DNA of 64,000 nucleotides, taken from assembly GCF_009914755.1 (NCBI RefSeq), contig NC_060947.1, one strand, 5' to 3'. The stretch's first letter is position 1, and every line of letters begins with the position of its first letter. The DNA comes from the human T2T-CHM13v2.0 reference genome, Homo sapiens. Shown piece after piece: positions 1 through 14,473 of the stretch. The position numbers and the translations under genes are program-made. The notes under the pieces were generated by a model. That model ran no database searches and was not told where the DNA came from. It saw only the letters and a list, made by a program, of their open reading frames with translations.

Positions 1-271
1 TGTATTATATTTTTAAAAGTCTAGGGCTTTAATAAATGTTACTTTGGAGAAGAACTGAGCAGAAGCGTGGTTAATATATTTAAATTTTTAGTAAATATAT
101 TAACCATGTGGACTCTTTGAAAGTGGTATTTACTTGGTAATCTCTTTGCATCTCTACTGCCTAGTATAGCACAATAAGTATTTACTGCATTAAATTTCAA
201 TGACTTAAGATATAACTTTCATGATAGTAAATTCTAGATTTCATCCTCAATATTTGTTTCAATATGAACAA

Positions 272-530
272 TTAATAATAATAAAAGCTACTATGTATCA
301 AGTGCTTGTTATATGCCATGCAACCCATTAAGTAGTAAACACAAAATTAAGTCATTTGAGACCACATAATTATAAAATGAATATTGTAATATCTGCTTTA
401 CAGATGTGGTAACTGGTGTTCAGTAATTTTAAATAATTTGTTTCAGATAACATAGCTGGTAAGTAGCAGACCAGGATTTGTTTTTTTTTGTCTGACCCCA
501 TGCCAAAGCCTTTAACAACTATACCACCTG
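272..530 (-). mobile_element. MIR SINE, degenerate
   Basis: Reverse-orientation MIR core: aataataata..gctac...gctttacagatgtggtaactgg...catagctggtaagtagcagaccaggatttg...tctgacccca. Confidence 0.7.
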
Positions 531-1949
531 GCTCCAAAGTCTTAAGCAGTTGTCAAATTGTCTTTATACCAAATGGCAAAAGCAAAGCAAGCAAAACCAA
601 AACACTTATGGACCCAAGAAGATAATTAGAAAGATAGATAATAAGGATGGACCAGAATATCCAGGGAAGATTGTAAAGGGGAAATATTTTTACTAAAGAA
701 AAAATCATGAGTATACAATATGAGAAACCAAATATAACTCAAATCAGATTTGTTGTCTTGCCTTCTGGAATACAAAATATTACATAGACAATATCTTGGA
801 TTACATATAAGGACATAAAATACCTCAATTTCAGAATTAGATGTTAAAATAAAATTTAAAGTAAAATAGTCATGACTCTCATAAAACACAACAGATTTTA
901 CTCAAGAGTTACCTAGGGATATAACACATTTTGGTGACATATGTTAGGCTGTGTACACTGAACCAACATTTACAATAAAATACAACTCTCTTAAAAATAG
1001 GCTGTGCCAGATTCCCCCATGAGACTTCTAAAGATTCTGTTATTGAATTTGCATAATTGCTTGACAATATTTTTAAATTAAAAAAAAAAACAAGACTTTA
1101 AAAATGTGATTTTCAACTGGGTCATTGCAAATCTGCATGACAGCAAAGACCGGATTGATAGTCTCAATGATTTTTACAAACTGATTAAAGTCATAGTAAT
1201 GTCAGATACTAGAAAATGTTGACCTCAATAATTAATTTCTCCAATATGTTTTGCTTCTTGGAAATGAAGGTAGAATCATTTGGATGCAGTTAGTTTGCTG
1301 CTTCAAAATCTGGGTCTGTATCCTCTTGTGACAATTCTCCTCTTTGTTGAACCAATTCCTCTTAATGTAACTTCTCTGATCCTTCAAGGAGTGATCTATG
1401 TTTAAGAATATACTTTGGAAATAAAGTTGAAAATGATTGAGATCATATATCAGTATTCAATAGAGAAACGCTATATAAAAATATTTCCATCAGTAATTCA
1501 GATTTGACCATTGTCGTATTATTTAGTGAACTGAGTTTGATTTATTGACCAAGAAGAAACAACCCATATCAGGATGAGCTGTGTGTACTTGGGGATACAG
1601 GAAGAGAATGTGGATCCAATTTGTTTTAAGTTTTACATGAAAATAAAGATCTACTAGACTATTAGACAATGGCCAATATCCTATGCGCTATGAAACCTGA
1701 GTTAGGAAATCATATCTGTCTTCTGGGATATATTCAACAATGTCAACTATAAGCCAATTCCAATTGCAAAACCAAGGTTCATTCAAATCAATACTACCAT
1801 GATAATCATTCAGGGAAAGATTGAGATCTTTTTATAACCACAATGTAGAGAAAATAGAATGATTATCCATAAACAATATGGTCATAATTATACATCAAAA
1901 AATGCTGGAATATAATTTGAAATGATGCAGCATTTTTTCTGGACGTCCT

Positions 1950-2547
<598 letters not shown>

Positions 2548-4237
2548 TAGCACATTGATTTCACATGCTAATAAATTAAATTTGAGAATTAGGACACATA
2601 CCGTTCACTCAACATGTGCCTTTTTTTATTTAACAAGTGTGATTTTCTTTTCTACAAGCTTTGCACTGTAAAGGGGGAAATAGCATGTATTCCTACCTTA
2701 CCATCATCCAGTAAATCTAGTCACAAAGGAATTGTTAGAATACACATCGAATGACTTGATGAACTATTGGTACAGTGTCCATGAAAATTCCTGAATCTAA
2801 GGTTCTCAGAGAGCAGAAGGTGGTGGTTTTTTTCTTTCCTGTTTTGTTATTGCAACAATATATTCTTAAAAAGATACTTAAATATCAGGATGAGACACTT
2901 GAGATCAACATGAGTTGCTGATGCAATCAATATGGCACAGTGAAAATAAATATTTTCTCTGAATTCAGAATTAATGAGGCGGCAGGCTCTTGGAAAAACT
3001 GTAATTTCTTATTTAAAACTGAGGAAAGCTGCCATATGAAATATTACTGTAAGTCTGACCCAGGATATGCTACAGGGTAAATCAGCATCTCAGAAGCAGT
3101 GAAGCTTTAAACAGGTCTCAAGATGGGTCTGAAAACAGGTAATGTAAGGTACATGATACAAAGGTGTTTTGACAACATGATAGATAAGGGCCCCAGAGGG
3201 GGAAAAAGGTATAGATAAAGTGAACCCCAAAGTTGCACATTTTAGATTACTGCAGACTTGAAATATCATCTAAATCAAGAGGTGATGATGGAGCCTGAGA
3301 ACTGCTGCTAACACTTGCTGTGGATTAGGATCCCATTTGGCAGGGCCAGGACCAGGGTCAGTCAGATACAACTCTCAGCAAGCTGCTCCTGTGAAATAAG
3401 TGGGTGACAGTAACATCTGGACACAACTTGGAGAAAATCCATTTGTTAGAAATAAAAGGTTATTTATAGGTGTATTGCTTTTATTGGTTTATTTGTTTGG
3501 TGTGTTTCCCCTCAGATATACCAAGCTTCATGATAATAAATGATTATTTTATTTGGAAAACAAAACACAGGAAAGCAAGTAAAAAGTAAGCAAATACCCA
3601 AATCAGTTGCATGTGTAACTGCTAAATTGAATTTTAAAAGTAGCCTTTAATGATGTTTCTGACCGTAGAAAATATATAGTTTTTGGCACAGCATGGGAAT
3701 GCTGCTGGCAGTGAAAAATTATAAAAGATTTGACTGACATCTTCAAAGTTCCAAAGGGTGGTAATAAAATATTGTCAGGCTTTCCTTTTAGTTCTGTGAA
3801 GTAAGTAACATGAAAAGCAAAGTGTCATTTGAAATTAATGGCTGACATATTTGGATATAATAAAAATATTACAGTTGCTATCGTCAATGTAAAGCAGGCT
3901 GTAGGACTGATGAAGGTCACAGAGGCCAATTCTGTAGTCAGTTCTGAAAAGGGCCTCATAATTTTATGACCACTAATAATGTTTGTGGATTTCACACAAG
4001 CTAAGCTAATGAAATGGGTAGTCAAAACCATGCTGCAGTGTTCAGAATAGTCATCTCCCATATGTCAAAGAAATAATTTCATTTTCACCTTGTTCCATTA
4101 ACTCAGACAAAAAGATTATTTTCTCCATATGGGAGATTCTAGCCTAGGCACTGTGTTGTGTAGTCATGATTTCATTAACAGCATTAATAAAGATACTTCA
4201 CATTTATATATCAATTAACCCTTTTGAAAATAATTTC

Positions 4238-4347
4238 TATCAAAGTATTCACTTACTCCTCAAAATACCCTAAAGTAATAATCCCATGGCATATTATTTT
4301 TACTTTTTGTTTGTTCTTATCAAGAGTATAATCCAGGCTAGACGTTT
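4238..4347 (+). repeat. Inverted repeat arm A (~110 bp), partner at 6257-6366
   Basis: Reverse complement matches 6257-6366 with 4 mismatches by manual alignment. Confidence 0.95.
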
Positions 4348-6256
4348 CCTATAACTCAGCTAAATTCTTTCACCATCAATGACAGGGTTAAGGAGGCCAA
4401 TTAATTTTCTTGCTCTGGATCTCAGTTTTCACATCAATAAAATATAGAAGACGATCCTTCAACTCTAATGTTACATAAAGCTGTGAGTCTACGTTACTAT
4501 CAAGGCCAACCTCATTTTAATATTAAATGTCTGAAAGTTTTTTCCAGTCTGAAAGTTTAATAATCTTCTACTGTATGTGTAATGTTGAGCAAAACATATA
4601 CAGACTAAGGAGTTGATGTGCTCACTTTCTCTCTAATGTGTTTTACTCACCAATCTCTCAGGCAACAGACTGCCAATATTGCAGGAATTTCAAATCCTTA
4701 TCTGTTTTCTTTTCTTTTACTTAATGTTATTCTTTGAAAAAAGAAAATCTTAAATAGAAAGCTGATATACTAATACCATGTTCACATTTCATGATACCAT
4801 GAACTTAGGTGTATAAATATGCAACGTATTTTTTAGATAAAAATTAATTTCCATTGGAGCCTCTATTTTGTCTGAAGCAGAAAAAATAATCAAGTTACTT
4901 CCAGACAAATTCAGTCTCTTTCATAATTTTTCTCAGATATTTTAATTGAAATGTGATCAAATTCATGATATTCCTCGTACCTGTCTCTTCTTCCTGTGAT
5001 ATATTTTAAGCTTACAAGAGTGCTTACACAAATGCCACATTGCCATCATTATGATGGGGCATCTCACTCTTGATCTTGATTTGTCTTGGTATTCAGAAAT
5101 GCAAATAATTCTAATACTAGGCTACATTCCCATGCTTGATGACATTATTTTGATATAATAGTATATAGTAGTACCCTTATCTGACTCCCTGCTGGATTAT
5201 TCACTCTTGAATTCTGCTGTAGCCTTCTCTCATACCATTCAAGAGTATATGAATATTCTCATACCGTTCATAACAAGAGCCCCTGTTAGCAGGCTTTCTT
5301 GACTCTTTGGCTAATTTTCACACCAAATTTCTGTGGACCATGGGAAAATGTTTGTATTCTTTCTAGCCACTCCAGAGCTTTAGGAAATCTGAGAGTCTCT
5401 TTCTTGTACTCTAATTGTTAGACATCATACTATCAGTTCTTATAACGTGGTGTGAAAGGATAATTTTCCATGAAGCTTGCAGGTTTCACCAGAGAAAGAG
5501 GTTCAATTTTTTTTTTCTCCTGGAGAAATATAAAGTTAAAGGGGGTTATTTTCCTTACTTTCTTAGAACTTAGACGGTTTTACATCGTTTCTTTGTTATT
5601 CTCCAAGTTCTTATTGCTCTTTTTTAGTGCAAGGAATTCATTTGTCCTCTTCCTGTGACAGGAAAAATTGCTAGCCAAGCATTTTTCCACATCTAAGGTT
5701 TATGCTGGGATCTGCGGCCTTGGATGCTCAACGTTAGTAATATGCATATTTTTTTCACATTTCAGCTGTGGCCTCATTTTTTCAGGACAATGAAGGCCAA
5801 GTTGAGTTTCAGTGAGGATGAGAGTGAGGCAGAGGGCATCAAGAGAAGTAGGAAGGATGCCAAATCAAAGAAGCTAGTAGGAAGAGTGACAACAGAAAAG
5901 AACCAACCACAGAGGCTGCTGATTTACATGTTATTGAAATACTTTGAAACACAATGATTAATTAAAATGTTTCTTCTGAACAAAGAGCTAAAGAACTCAA
6001 CCAATGTCTTCACTCCATCTTCTAAAAAATAACCAGAAAAGGAAAAGGAAAAAGAAGTAATTAGACCATCCATGCCTACCTCATAGGCTAGTGAAAGAAG
6101 AACACAACTAATACATGTAAAGTACTACTATAATCAAGAGAAATATATATGTACATATAATAATATTTTATTACCACCCTTTGCAACTTTGAAGATGTCA
6201 ATCAAATCTTTTATAATTTTTCACTATATATATAGCTCTCTCTCTATATATAATAT

Positions 6257-6363
6257 AAATGTCTAGCCTGGATTATACTCTTGATAAGAACAAACAAAAA
6301 GTAAAAATAATATGCCATGGGATTATTACTTTGGGGTATTTTGAAAAGTAAGTGAATACTTTG

Positions 6364-6366
<3 letters not shown>
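6257..6366 (-). repeat. Inverted repeat arm B (~110 bp), partner at 4238-4347
   Basis: aaatgtctagcctggattatactcttgataagaac...gtgaatactttgata is the reverse complement of 4238-4347. Confidence 0.95.
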
Positions 6367-6394
<28 letters not shown>

Positions 6395-6408
6395 TAGAGA
6401 GAGAGAGA
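6364..6408. repeat. (TA)n-(GA)n compound microsatellite
   Basis: atatatatatatagagagagag... seen directly. Confidence 0.95.
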
Positions 6409-6991
6409 AATTATCTTTTATTTATTTTTGTTCCTTGCACTCCACGTAGTACTTTCATGGTCTGTGCACTTCAATAACAAATATTTTCCCCTATAAAGTG
6501 CTACTTACAATGAAGTTGCTAGGTGCTTCTAGAATGCTCACAACTGTCATTGTCACTACTTACTATGTATGCCCTAATAATCATACTTCATATATACCAC
6601 CTCGATAAAGCCTCATGTCCCAAACTTTTTTCCCCTTTCTCCAGGAATTTGACCTCTGCTGCTCCATTTCTAATAATACCTGTTATCTTAACTATGATCA
6701 TCTAGAGACAATGATCCAACATAGTTTAGTAATTTTACTCCTTCAAATTTAACTCTAATTTTTGAAATTTAAATATTGTGGAAAGTATATGACAAAGTTA
6801 GTGGTGGAAGTAGGAGTAGGAGGAGCAGAGTAGATGTAGAGAGAAAAGACCTTTTATTATCTTAAAAATCACACCAAATTTTTTTCAGTGGAGCTCAGCC
6901 TTTTAATACTGAATAATATTTTGAGCTAGAAAGCAGGTAATGTTAGCAATCTTGAATATTCATCAAAGGGCTAACAAGTGATTAAGAAGCC

Positions 6992-7018
6992 TGTGTGTGT
7001 GTGTGTGTGTGTGTGTGT
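6992..7018. repeat. (TG)n microsatellite
   Basis: About 13 TG units. Confidence 0.97.
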
Positions 7019-8754
7019 ACATATTTTATACAGATAGTGGCAATTGGTGGAATACAAATATGAGTTTTCTTTTTTCCATCAAAATTTGATCTTTCTCAAT
7101 TCAGACAAAATTCTACCGACATTTAACAGAACACAGAAAACCAGCTACAAGACCTGCAAATAATGAATTAAAGGATAGTATTACTGAGCTATAAAGTACA
7201 AAGCATTTTGGAACAAGTCAGTGTTTTGTTATTGGAGTTATTTCTTGCCTCTGTTGTTGTTTCAAGCCCATACACAGATTAGCCTACAATTTCCTATTGC
7301 TTTATACTTTAGACGGACTGAAGAATTATTCAATGGAGACATAGGCCTTTGACCGCATTCTTGGCTGGCTCCATATTCAATCAGCTTTGCCATGCTTTTT
7401 CAAAAGCAGATTTAGAGTTGAGACAGATATAAAATACCTTTTGTGGTGGAGAGTTAAAAAATATGTAGTCAAAATCTTTCCTAGTCCTTCCTCCACACAT
7501 AAACATAAAACCCTCATTCTCTATTTAGAAACCAGCATGTCAGGATCCAAGCAGAAAAATCAGTAAAAATTATCACAATTGAAAAAATGTTCTGATCTGC
7601 AACAGCAGCTGGGGGTGGGTATTAGAATTGTGTGTGATTCAGATGCTATATAGATGATGAATATGGATGAAGTTACACAACTTGATGGGGTGAAGAGATT
7701 GGTTGAGCTCTTTGTTCAGAGAAGCATTTCAATAAATTTCTGAATGTATTTCAAGGTTACTCTCACCATTTTGTGTTTTCTAAATATGAGTTATTTGGGG
7801 GTGGATGTCAGAAGTTATGGATACCAAACCAAGTCTTTTTCTGAAAAGACTTTAGTTGCCAGTAATGAAGACTGGAGTTCCTTTGCATGTCACTGGAATT
7901 GAAAACGAGGATCACATTCTGTGAAGTTGTAGCTATGGATACTTAAACCCACTGTTATGATTGATTTGATGAAGCAAAGATTTTTATAAAATTCTTGACT
8001 TTATTGTTAGAAACTGATAATGTCGTTATAAAAAAACCAAAGCACAAATAATTGTGACTCCTCCTTCCATAAGGATGCATATTACAGAAAAATGGAAAGA
8101 AAATGTTGCCTTTGTCTAACAAAATGGTCATATACTCAAAGTTTGGCATAGTGCTTTCGTATACAAAGGAATGATATGACTCAATTTACATAAAGTAATA
8201 TGATTCAACATGATTTAATAAAATAAGGCAGAATTTCATTTCTGTTTTATAAAGGGAAGTGACTAAAGATTTAATATCTGATCCTTTATTTTGAAAATGT
8301 ACAAAACCTACAGCCACATTCCTTCTGGGTTAACTGTGTGAAGAGATTCTCAGCATACTTGAATTAGGCGTGACACAAGTCACTGAAAAAGCTGAGTAGG
8401 AATTAATAAATGAAAATATGGTCTTTTGGTTTTTCAAGGTCACTAAATCAAATCTCAGCCAAGGTAGTAGGGGCTGTGGGTCATTACCATTCTGAGACTG
8501 CTAAGGAGCTAAGTGAATGAATCAGTGATCTGTCTTCTACTTCTAGTGAACTGTGTCAAATGTCCCCCAAAGCACCAACACAATTATCATTAATTAAAGA
8601 ACTGACTAATAGTCTTAGAGAAATGGTCAATGCCATTGTTAACAGGGAGGCCAATCTAATAAAAGTCAAATTGTACTTCTTAACTACATAATTGTTTCCT
8701 TTAGTACCAAGTTGTAACAGTTTTGCTCGAAAAAGGAAAAGTCATAGGATAGAT

Positions 8755-10006
8755 ATATTTTTAAGTTTATGAGGAACCTCCATACTGTTTTACATAATGG
8801 ATGTACCAATTTACATTCCTGCCAACTGTGTACAAGGCTTCCATTTTCCCCACATCCTTGCCAACACTTGTTGTCTTTAATCTTTTTTATCCTAATCTGT
8901 GAGGTGATATATCATGTGTTTTTGATTTGCATTTTCCTAATGATTATGAAGCTAAGAATTTTTTCATATATCTGTTAACCCTTTGTATGTATTCTATGAA
9001 AAAATTATGTCTTTGGGACCTTTGTTCATGTTTGAATTGGGTTATTTTTATGTACTTATTTACTTATTTATGTATATTTACTATTGAATTGTATGAGTTC
9101 CTTATCAGATATATGGTTTACAAATATTTTCTCCCAATCAGTAGCTCGCCTTTTCATTTTGTTGATTGTTTCCTTTGCTGTGCATAGGTTACTAAGTTTG
9201 ATGTAGTTCCACTTGTTTATTTTTGCTTTTACTGACTGTGTTTTAATTCAAAAAAAACCATTAAAAAAAAACCATTCTAAAGAGCAGTATTCAAAAAAAA
9301 ACCATTCTAAAGAGCAGTGTCAAGTAGCACTTTTCCTGAGCTTTAATCTAGCAGATTAATGGTTTCTGAATTTACATTTAATTTTTAATCCATTTTAATT
9401 GATTTTTGCATGTGATATAAGGGTCAAATTTTATTCTTTTTTATGTGGGTATTCAGTTTTTGAAACATCATTTATTGAAGAGACTCTTGTATTTTCTTGG
9501 CACCCTTGTTGAAAATTAGTTGACAATATATGTATAGGTTTTTTTCTGGGCCTTTTATTCTATTAGTCTATGTGTCTGTTTTTTATAACAGTACCGTACT
9601 ATTTTGATTACTATAGCTTTGTAGTATAAACTGAAATCAGGAAATGTGATGTTTCCAAATTTGTTCTTCTTTCTCAAGATTGTTTTGGCTATTCTGAATC
9701 TTCTAGGCCTGCACATGAATTTTTGATTGTTTTATTCTCTTACCATGAAAAATTCCATTGGAATTTTGATAGAAATTTTATTGAATCTGTAAATCACTTC
9801 AAATACTATGGATATTTTAAAGATATTAATTCTTCCAGTGTATGAACATGGGATAGCTTTCTATTGTTTTCTACAATTTCTTTTATCAATATTTTATAGT
9901 TTTCAGTGTGCAGATTTTTACTTCCTTGGTTATTTCTAATTATTCTAATCTTTTTGATGCTATTGTAAATGAGATTGTTTTCTTGATTTCCTTTTCAGAT
10001 AGTTTA
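8755..10006 (-). mobile_element. Old L1 (L1MA/L1MB class) ORF2 3' region; inverted 5' segment of a 5'-inverted copy
   Basis: gaggaacctccatactgtttt...tgtaccaatttacattcc...gattactatagctttgtagtata...tgctattgtaaatgagattg is antisense L1 ORF2. Confidence 0.88.
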
Positions 10007-10455
10007 ATGTGATCCAGCAGTCCCTCATTATATATATGGGAAATAAAATAAGTATCTCAAAGACACATATGAACTTTCATGTTTATTGCAACGTCATTGA
10101 TAATATCCAAGTTATAAAAACAACCTAAGTATTAACATATGAAATAATTAGATATTATTTAACCTTAAAATAGAAGACAACGCTGCCATTTGCAGCAACA
10201 GGGATGAATCTGAAGAGCATAATGCTAATTGAAATAAGCCAAATATGAAAAAAATATCCTACGTGGTCCACTTATACATGGAATCTAAAAAAGTTGAATT
10301 TATATAAGCAGAGAGTAGAACGGTGTTTAACAGGAATGGGACTGGGTGGGGAAAGTGGAGAGATGTTGATCAAAGGATACAAAGTTTCAATTATGTAGGA
10401 TAAATACATTCTAGAAATATGATGTACAGCATGGTGAATATAGTTAGTAATACCT
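10007..10455 (+). mobile_element. Old L1 (L1MA8/9-like) ORF2 end and 3'UTR, 3'-truncated
   Basis: gatccagcagtccc...gccatttgcagcaaca...gcagagagtagaacggtg...gatgtacagcatggtgaatatagtt. Confidence 0.85.
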
Positions 10456-10904
10456 GTCTAACAGTTAAGTTATGGGATACCATCCAATTTAGCAATTAAC
10501 ATTACATTAGTTTTGTAAGCCTTACATCTTAAGTTTTACTGCAGTAGTAACATTGCAAACTCTCATGATTTAAAGAAAATTGTAGAATATTTGATCGCAA
10601 CTTGGATATATAAATTCTCTGAGGTAAATTCAGAAAGACTTTTACAGGTGCTGTATTGCATCTAAGGAGCGAGTTGAAAAGTTTAAAAACTGGACTCAGG
10701 CAGTCAATTGTGTTTTGACTAAACAATCAAACAGCTGGTTTGATATTTTCATAAAATTTATGAATATCTTTATTTTGTCAGGGATTACAAACTGGCAAAT
10801 TATTCTGCAGAAGTTGTGTGCATGTGAGACAAAGAGGGGAATGTGAGGAAGGAGGGAGAAAAGAGACAGAGTTAGGCAACATGGTATTTCTGAAATAAAC
10901 ATTT

Positions 10905-11900
10905 TAATCTGGAAATTTTTACATGTACAGTAATGTTGCAATTATATAACCGACACTTTCTGTACCTTCACCCAGTTTCCCATTTCTTAACATTTTACAA
11001 ACCCATGATTTATCAAAACTGAGAAGTTAACATTGGTACATTACAATTATTCAAAGCGCATACTTTATTCAGTTTATTTTGTTTCTACCTAATGCCTTTT
11101 TCTGTTCCCATATACCATCCAGTACACCACATTTTACTTGGTCATCGTATCTTCTTAATTTTTGATCTCTGACAGTTTTCTTACACCTTTCCTTGGTTTT
11201 CATGTCCTTCATAGTTTTGAAGAACACTAATGTTTTGTTGAATTCTCCATGATTTAGGTTAGTTTTATGGGGTTATGGGTTTTGGGGAAGAATACCACAC
11301 AGGCGAAGTGTCCTTCTCATCCTAGCTTATTTAGTGGTAGCCAGATATCATAAATTTTCACTGGTGATATTAATCTTGAGCATTTGGCTAAGTCATATTT
11401 CTCCATGGGAAAGTTACTATTTTTGCATTTTCTGTAATCTATTCTTTGGAAGCAGGTCACTAATTTCTGTCCACCCTCTAGCAGGAATGGTAGTATGGGA
11501 GAGAGTTTAGGCTCTACCTTCTTAAGAAGGTATCTGCACACATTATTTGAAATTATTCTGTAAGAAAGATGACTCTTTCTCATGTTTTATTCATTAATTT
11601 ATATCAGTATGGAGCTCTGTATATTTATTTTGTGCTTTGGGCTATATTCCAATACTAATTTATTTTGTTGCTAAAATTATTCCAGATTTGACCATTGAGA
11701 ACTCTTTCAGGTTGCATCCTATGTCTCTTTGACATATCTCATAGTTTCAGTTTTTGAAGACTTTCCTGTTTTTGAATGGCATAAGATTCTCATAAATAAA
11801 TTACCTGCCATTTGTGGAAGGATTTTGGTTCCTCTTTTTAGAAAGTGGCATTTAGAAACCAAGATCTGGGCATGAGTATGCCTACTGCCGCCAGGAGTGT
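10905..11900 (-). mobile_element. L1MC/L1MD-type 3'UTR fragment
   Basis: accttcacccagtttccc..ttaacatttta...ggtgatattaatcttgagcatttggctaag...tttagaaaccaagatctgggc. Confidence 0.7.
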
Positions 11901-13139
11901 AATATTTTATAAATGTTTTTATTTAAAGTTCATTAAATGTATTATGGAGACTTTTAATGCCAAAATCCCTACGAGACTTTACTGGATTCTTACTTGATAA
12001 TTTTACACATTTTTAATATTGTCTTTTGCTATAAAGAAATTTTCATATAGTAAAATCTATCATCTTTTCTTGCTCCTTCCACTCTGTATATTTTCCCTGG
12101 AAATGCTTCTGAACTCCCAAGGTTATTGAACATATTTCTTTACATTTTCTTAATAATATGTTGATGCTTTGTTATTTGATACATAAGTAATTGGGCATGC
12201 TATGTCTTCTTGGTTGATCAGAACTTCTAAAAATCTAAAATATTTTTCATTTAATTTAATGTTTTTCTTCTTTGGATTTTACCTGAACTAATAGAAATAT
12301 AGTGTCTGTTTCCTTTTCCTGAGTATGTTTTAGATGTGCTTGTCTTTATTTTAATTCTTCATACCTTTTAGGTGTGACCTTTTCCAAGAAGATTTTAAAG
12401 AAACAGTGTGCATAGGTTTTCTTCCAAGATGGCGGATTAGGGGCTTTCAGTGTGCCTCTGCCGCTTGGATATAGTAAAATTATAAATAAAGATAAACTCT
12501 GTGAGATTTAATTCAAGATGGAAAACAGGAATCCACCAGAATAGTGAAGGACATCCCAGATCCCAAGGAGGAAAGAGTGGGCAAGTGTCCCTTATGATGG
12601 CATTTGGCTGATAAAACCGAATGAAGCCTCAGAATGGGAGGCAGGCAGTCTCCCTCTGTGACTCACCTTGTAAATGAAGATCCAAGCAATCCAAGCCAAA
12701 GGAGAGAACTCTGTTACTCCCAAAACTTGGAGATAACCTAGGGAAAGGTTTGGAGATGCTGAGAGGAAAAGACACCAGAGGAAGCTTTAGGCATTTTCCC
12801 GGGTTGGGGAGGGAGAGCAGGATGTCCTTTTTAATCTGGGTGCATGCAGAGTTAGTTATTCTTTGGTGACTTGGCAGTGGCGGCGATGCAGGCATTTTAG
12901 TCTTGGGTCAGAGATAGGAGCACCTGCTCTGGAGTGGGGCAGGAGCCTTCACAGCCAGAATTGAAGGGGTAAGTATGGAAAACACCCAGCTATAGGCATT
13001 GGAAGTATGCTCTCCCCTGTTGCAGGTCTGGGGCAGGAGAAGAGCTGCTGCAGCCACAGCTTCTCCTGGGCAACAAGACTTGCAGTCAGGGCCAGCTTGG
13101 TGACCTGCAATGGGTCTGTGTCTGACATTGCAGGGCATC

Positions 13140-13825
13140 ATAGCCTGCTCCCTCCCCAGAGATTATGGTGCAGAGGAGCCCTTTCTGTTCCACACCCTGG
13201 CAGATATCCAGATATTCGGAGCACCCACTTGCATAAATCAGCAGTCTGAGTTGCCCTATCCTCCCTGTGCAAAGATCATAAACCAGGGCGACCCTCTGCT
13301 CCATGCCCAGGCAGATATCCAGGCATTCAGAATGTCCACTCTCCTGGATTGACAGCCTGAGCCCTCCCTCCTTTCCTGTGTATAGATCAGATGCAGTGGG
13401 GTCCTCTCAACTCTATGCTAAGGCAGATTTCCAGGCATTTGGAGCGCCCACTCTCCTGGATCAGGAGCCTGAGCTGCCCCACCCTTCCTGTGCATAGATA
13501 GTGGTGCAAGGGGGGGTCGGGGGGCGTCCCCATGCCAGGCAGATATCTAGGCATTCAGAGAACCTGTTCAGCTAGACCAGTAGCCTAAGTTTCCTATCCC
13601 TGCTATGTGTAGATGTCATTTCAACGGGGCTGTCTCCACTTCATGCCCAGGAAGCTCTCTAGGCAGTCTGAGCACCCTCTTGTGTGGATAAACAGCCTGA
13701 AACACCCGAACCTCCTGTGCAGAGATAGTGATGCAGTAAGACACTTTCTGCTGTATACTCAGGCAGATCCCCAGGCATCTGGAGCCCATTTTCCTGGATT
13801 AAGAGTTTAGGTATCCCCCTGCCCT
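13140..13825 (+). repeat. About 6 tandem ~115-bp monomers in the L1 5'UTR
   Basis: Recurrent ggcagatatccaggcattc(a/g)gagcaccca...gcagcctgag...cctgtgcagagat at about 115-bp spacing. Confidence 0.85.
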
Positions 13826-14324
13826 CACCATGCAGAAAACTTGAAACGAAAGAGGTTCCACAGCTCCGTAACTAGTCACACCTCTGGGCACTAGGGGGCC
13901 ACCCACTAGGCCCCTGCCTTGGCAGTGATGCTTGTACCTGCCACTGGATGATCTGTAGGCAAGACTGACTGCTTTGACCCTACCCATCTTGGTTTCCCCC
14001 TATGGAGCTGAGCAGAGAGCTTATACCACTGTGCATTCTATAGATAAGCCCATTGCTTGTGGCAGACAAGACCCTCTTCCAGTAAACAAGGATCATGTAT
14101 AAACCCATCCACATTGGCTGCAGCTAGCTTTGTGGTAGAATCATAAAGCCCAATATTAAACCATCCAAGTGCATAAGGCTATAGTAGCAAAAGAAAAAGA
14201 GCCTACTCAACATTTCCTACAGCCACAACTCTTATGGAGGGGGCAAAGGTTATGACATTATAATAATAATAATAATAATATAGTGGGGAAAGAAAGAAAA
14301 AAATCCTATTTGCATGAAATTAAT

Positions 14325-14473
14325 TACTCAGGAGGCTTAGGTGGGACAGTCATTTTAACCCCTGGAGGCAGAGGTTGCAGTGAGTCAAGATTGTGCCACT
14401 GTACCCCAGCCTGAGTGACAGAGTGAGACTTCATCTCAAAAAAAAAAAAAAAAAAAAAAAAAGAAAGAAAGAA
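14325..14473 (+). mobile_element. Alu right-arm fragment with polyA, inside L1 ORF1
   Basis: tactcaggaggc...ggaggcagaggttgcagtgag..aagattgtgccactg..cagcctgagtgacagagtgagact.catctc followed by A25. Confidence 0.9.

Noticed and set aside
5724-5957. Purine-rich ORF after a possible splice acceptor (ttttttcag at ~5777-5785)
   Set aside because: No recognisable protein similarity, no convincing donor site or partner exons. It may be an ancient LTR remnant.
4238-6366. The 110-bp inverted repeats as TIRs of a DNA transposon with a TA target duplication
   Set aside because: The termini resemble no Tigger or mariner end I know. The interior has no transposase and seems to hold older MIR-like pieces. 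About 96% arm identity is too high for extinct primate DNA transposons.
13140-13825. Regularly spaced repeats as a CRISPR-like array
   Set aside because: Whole units are homologous, with no unique spacers, and they lie within an L1 5'UTR.
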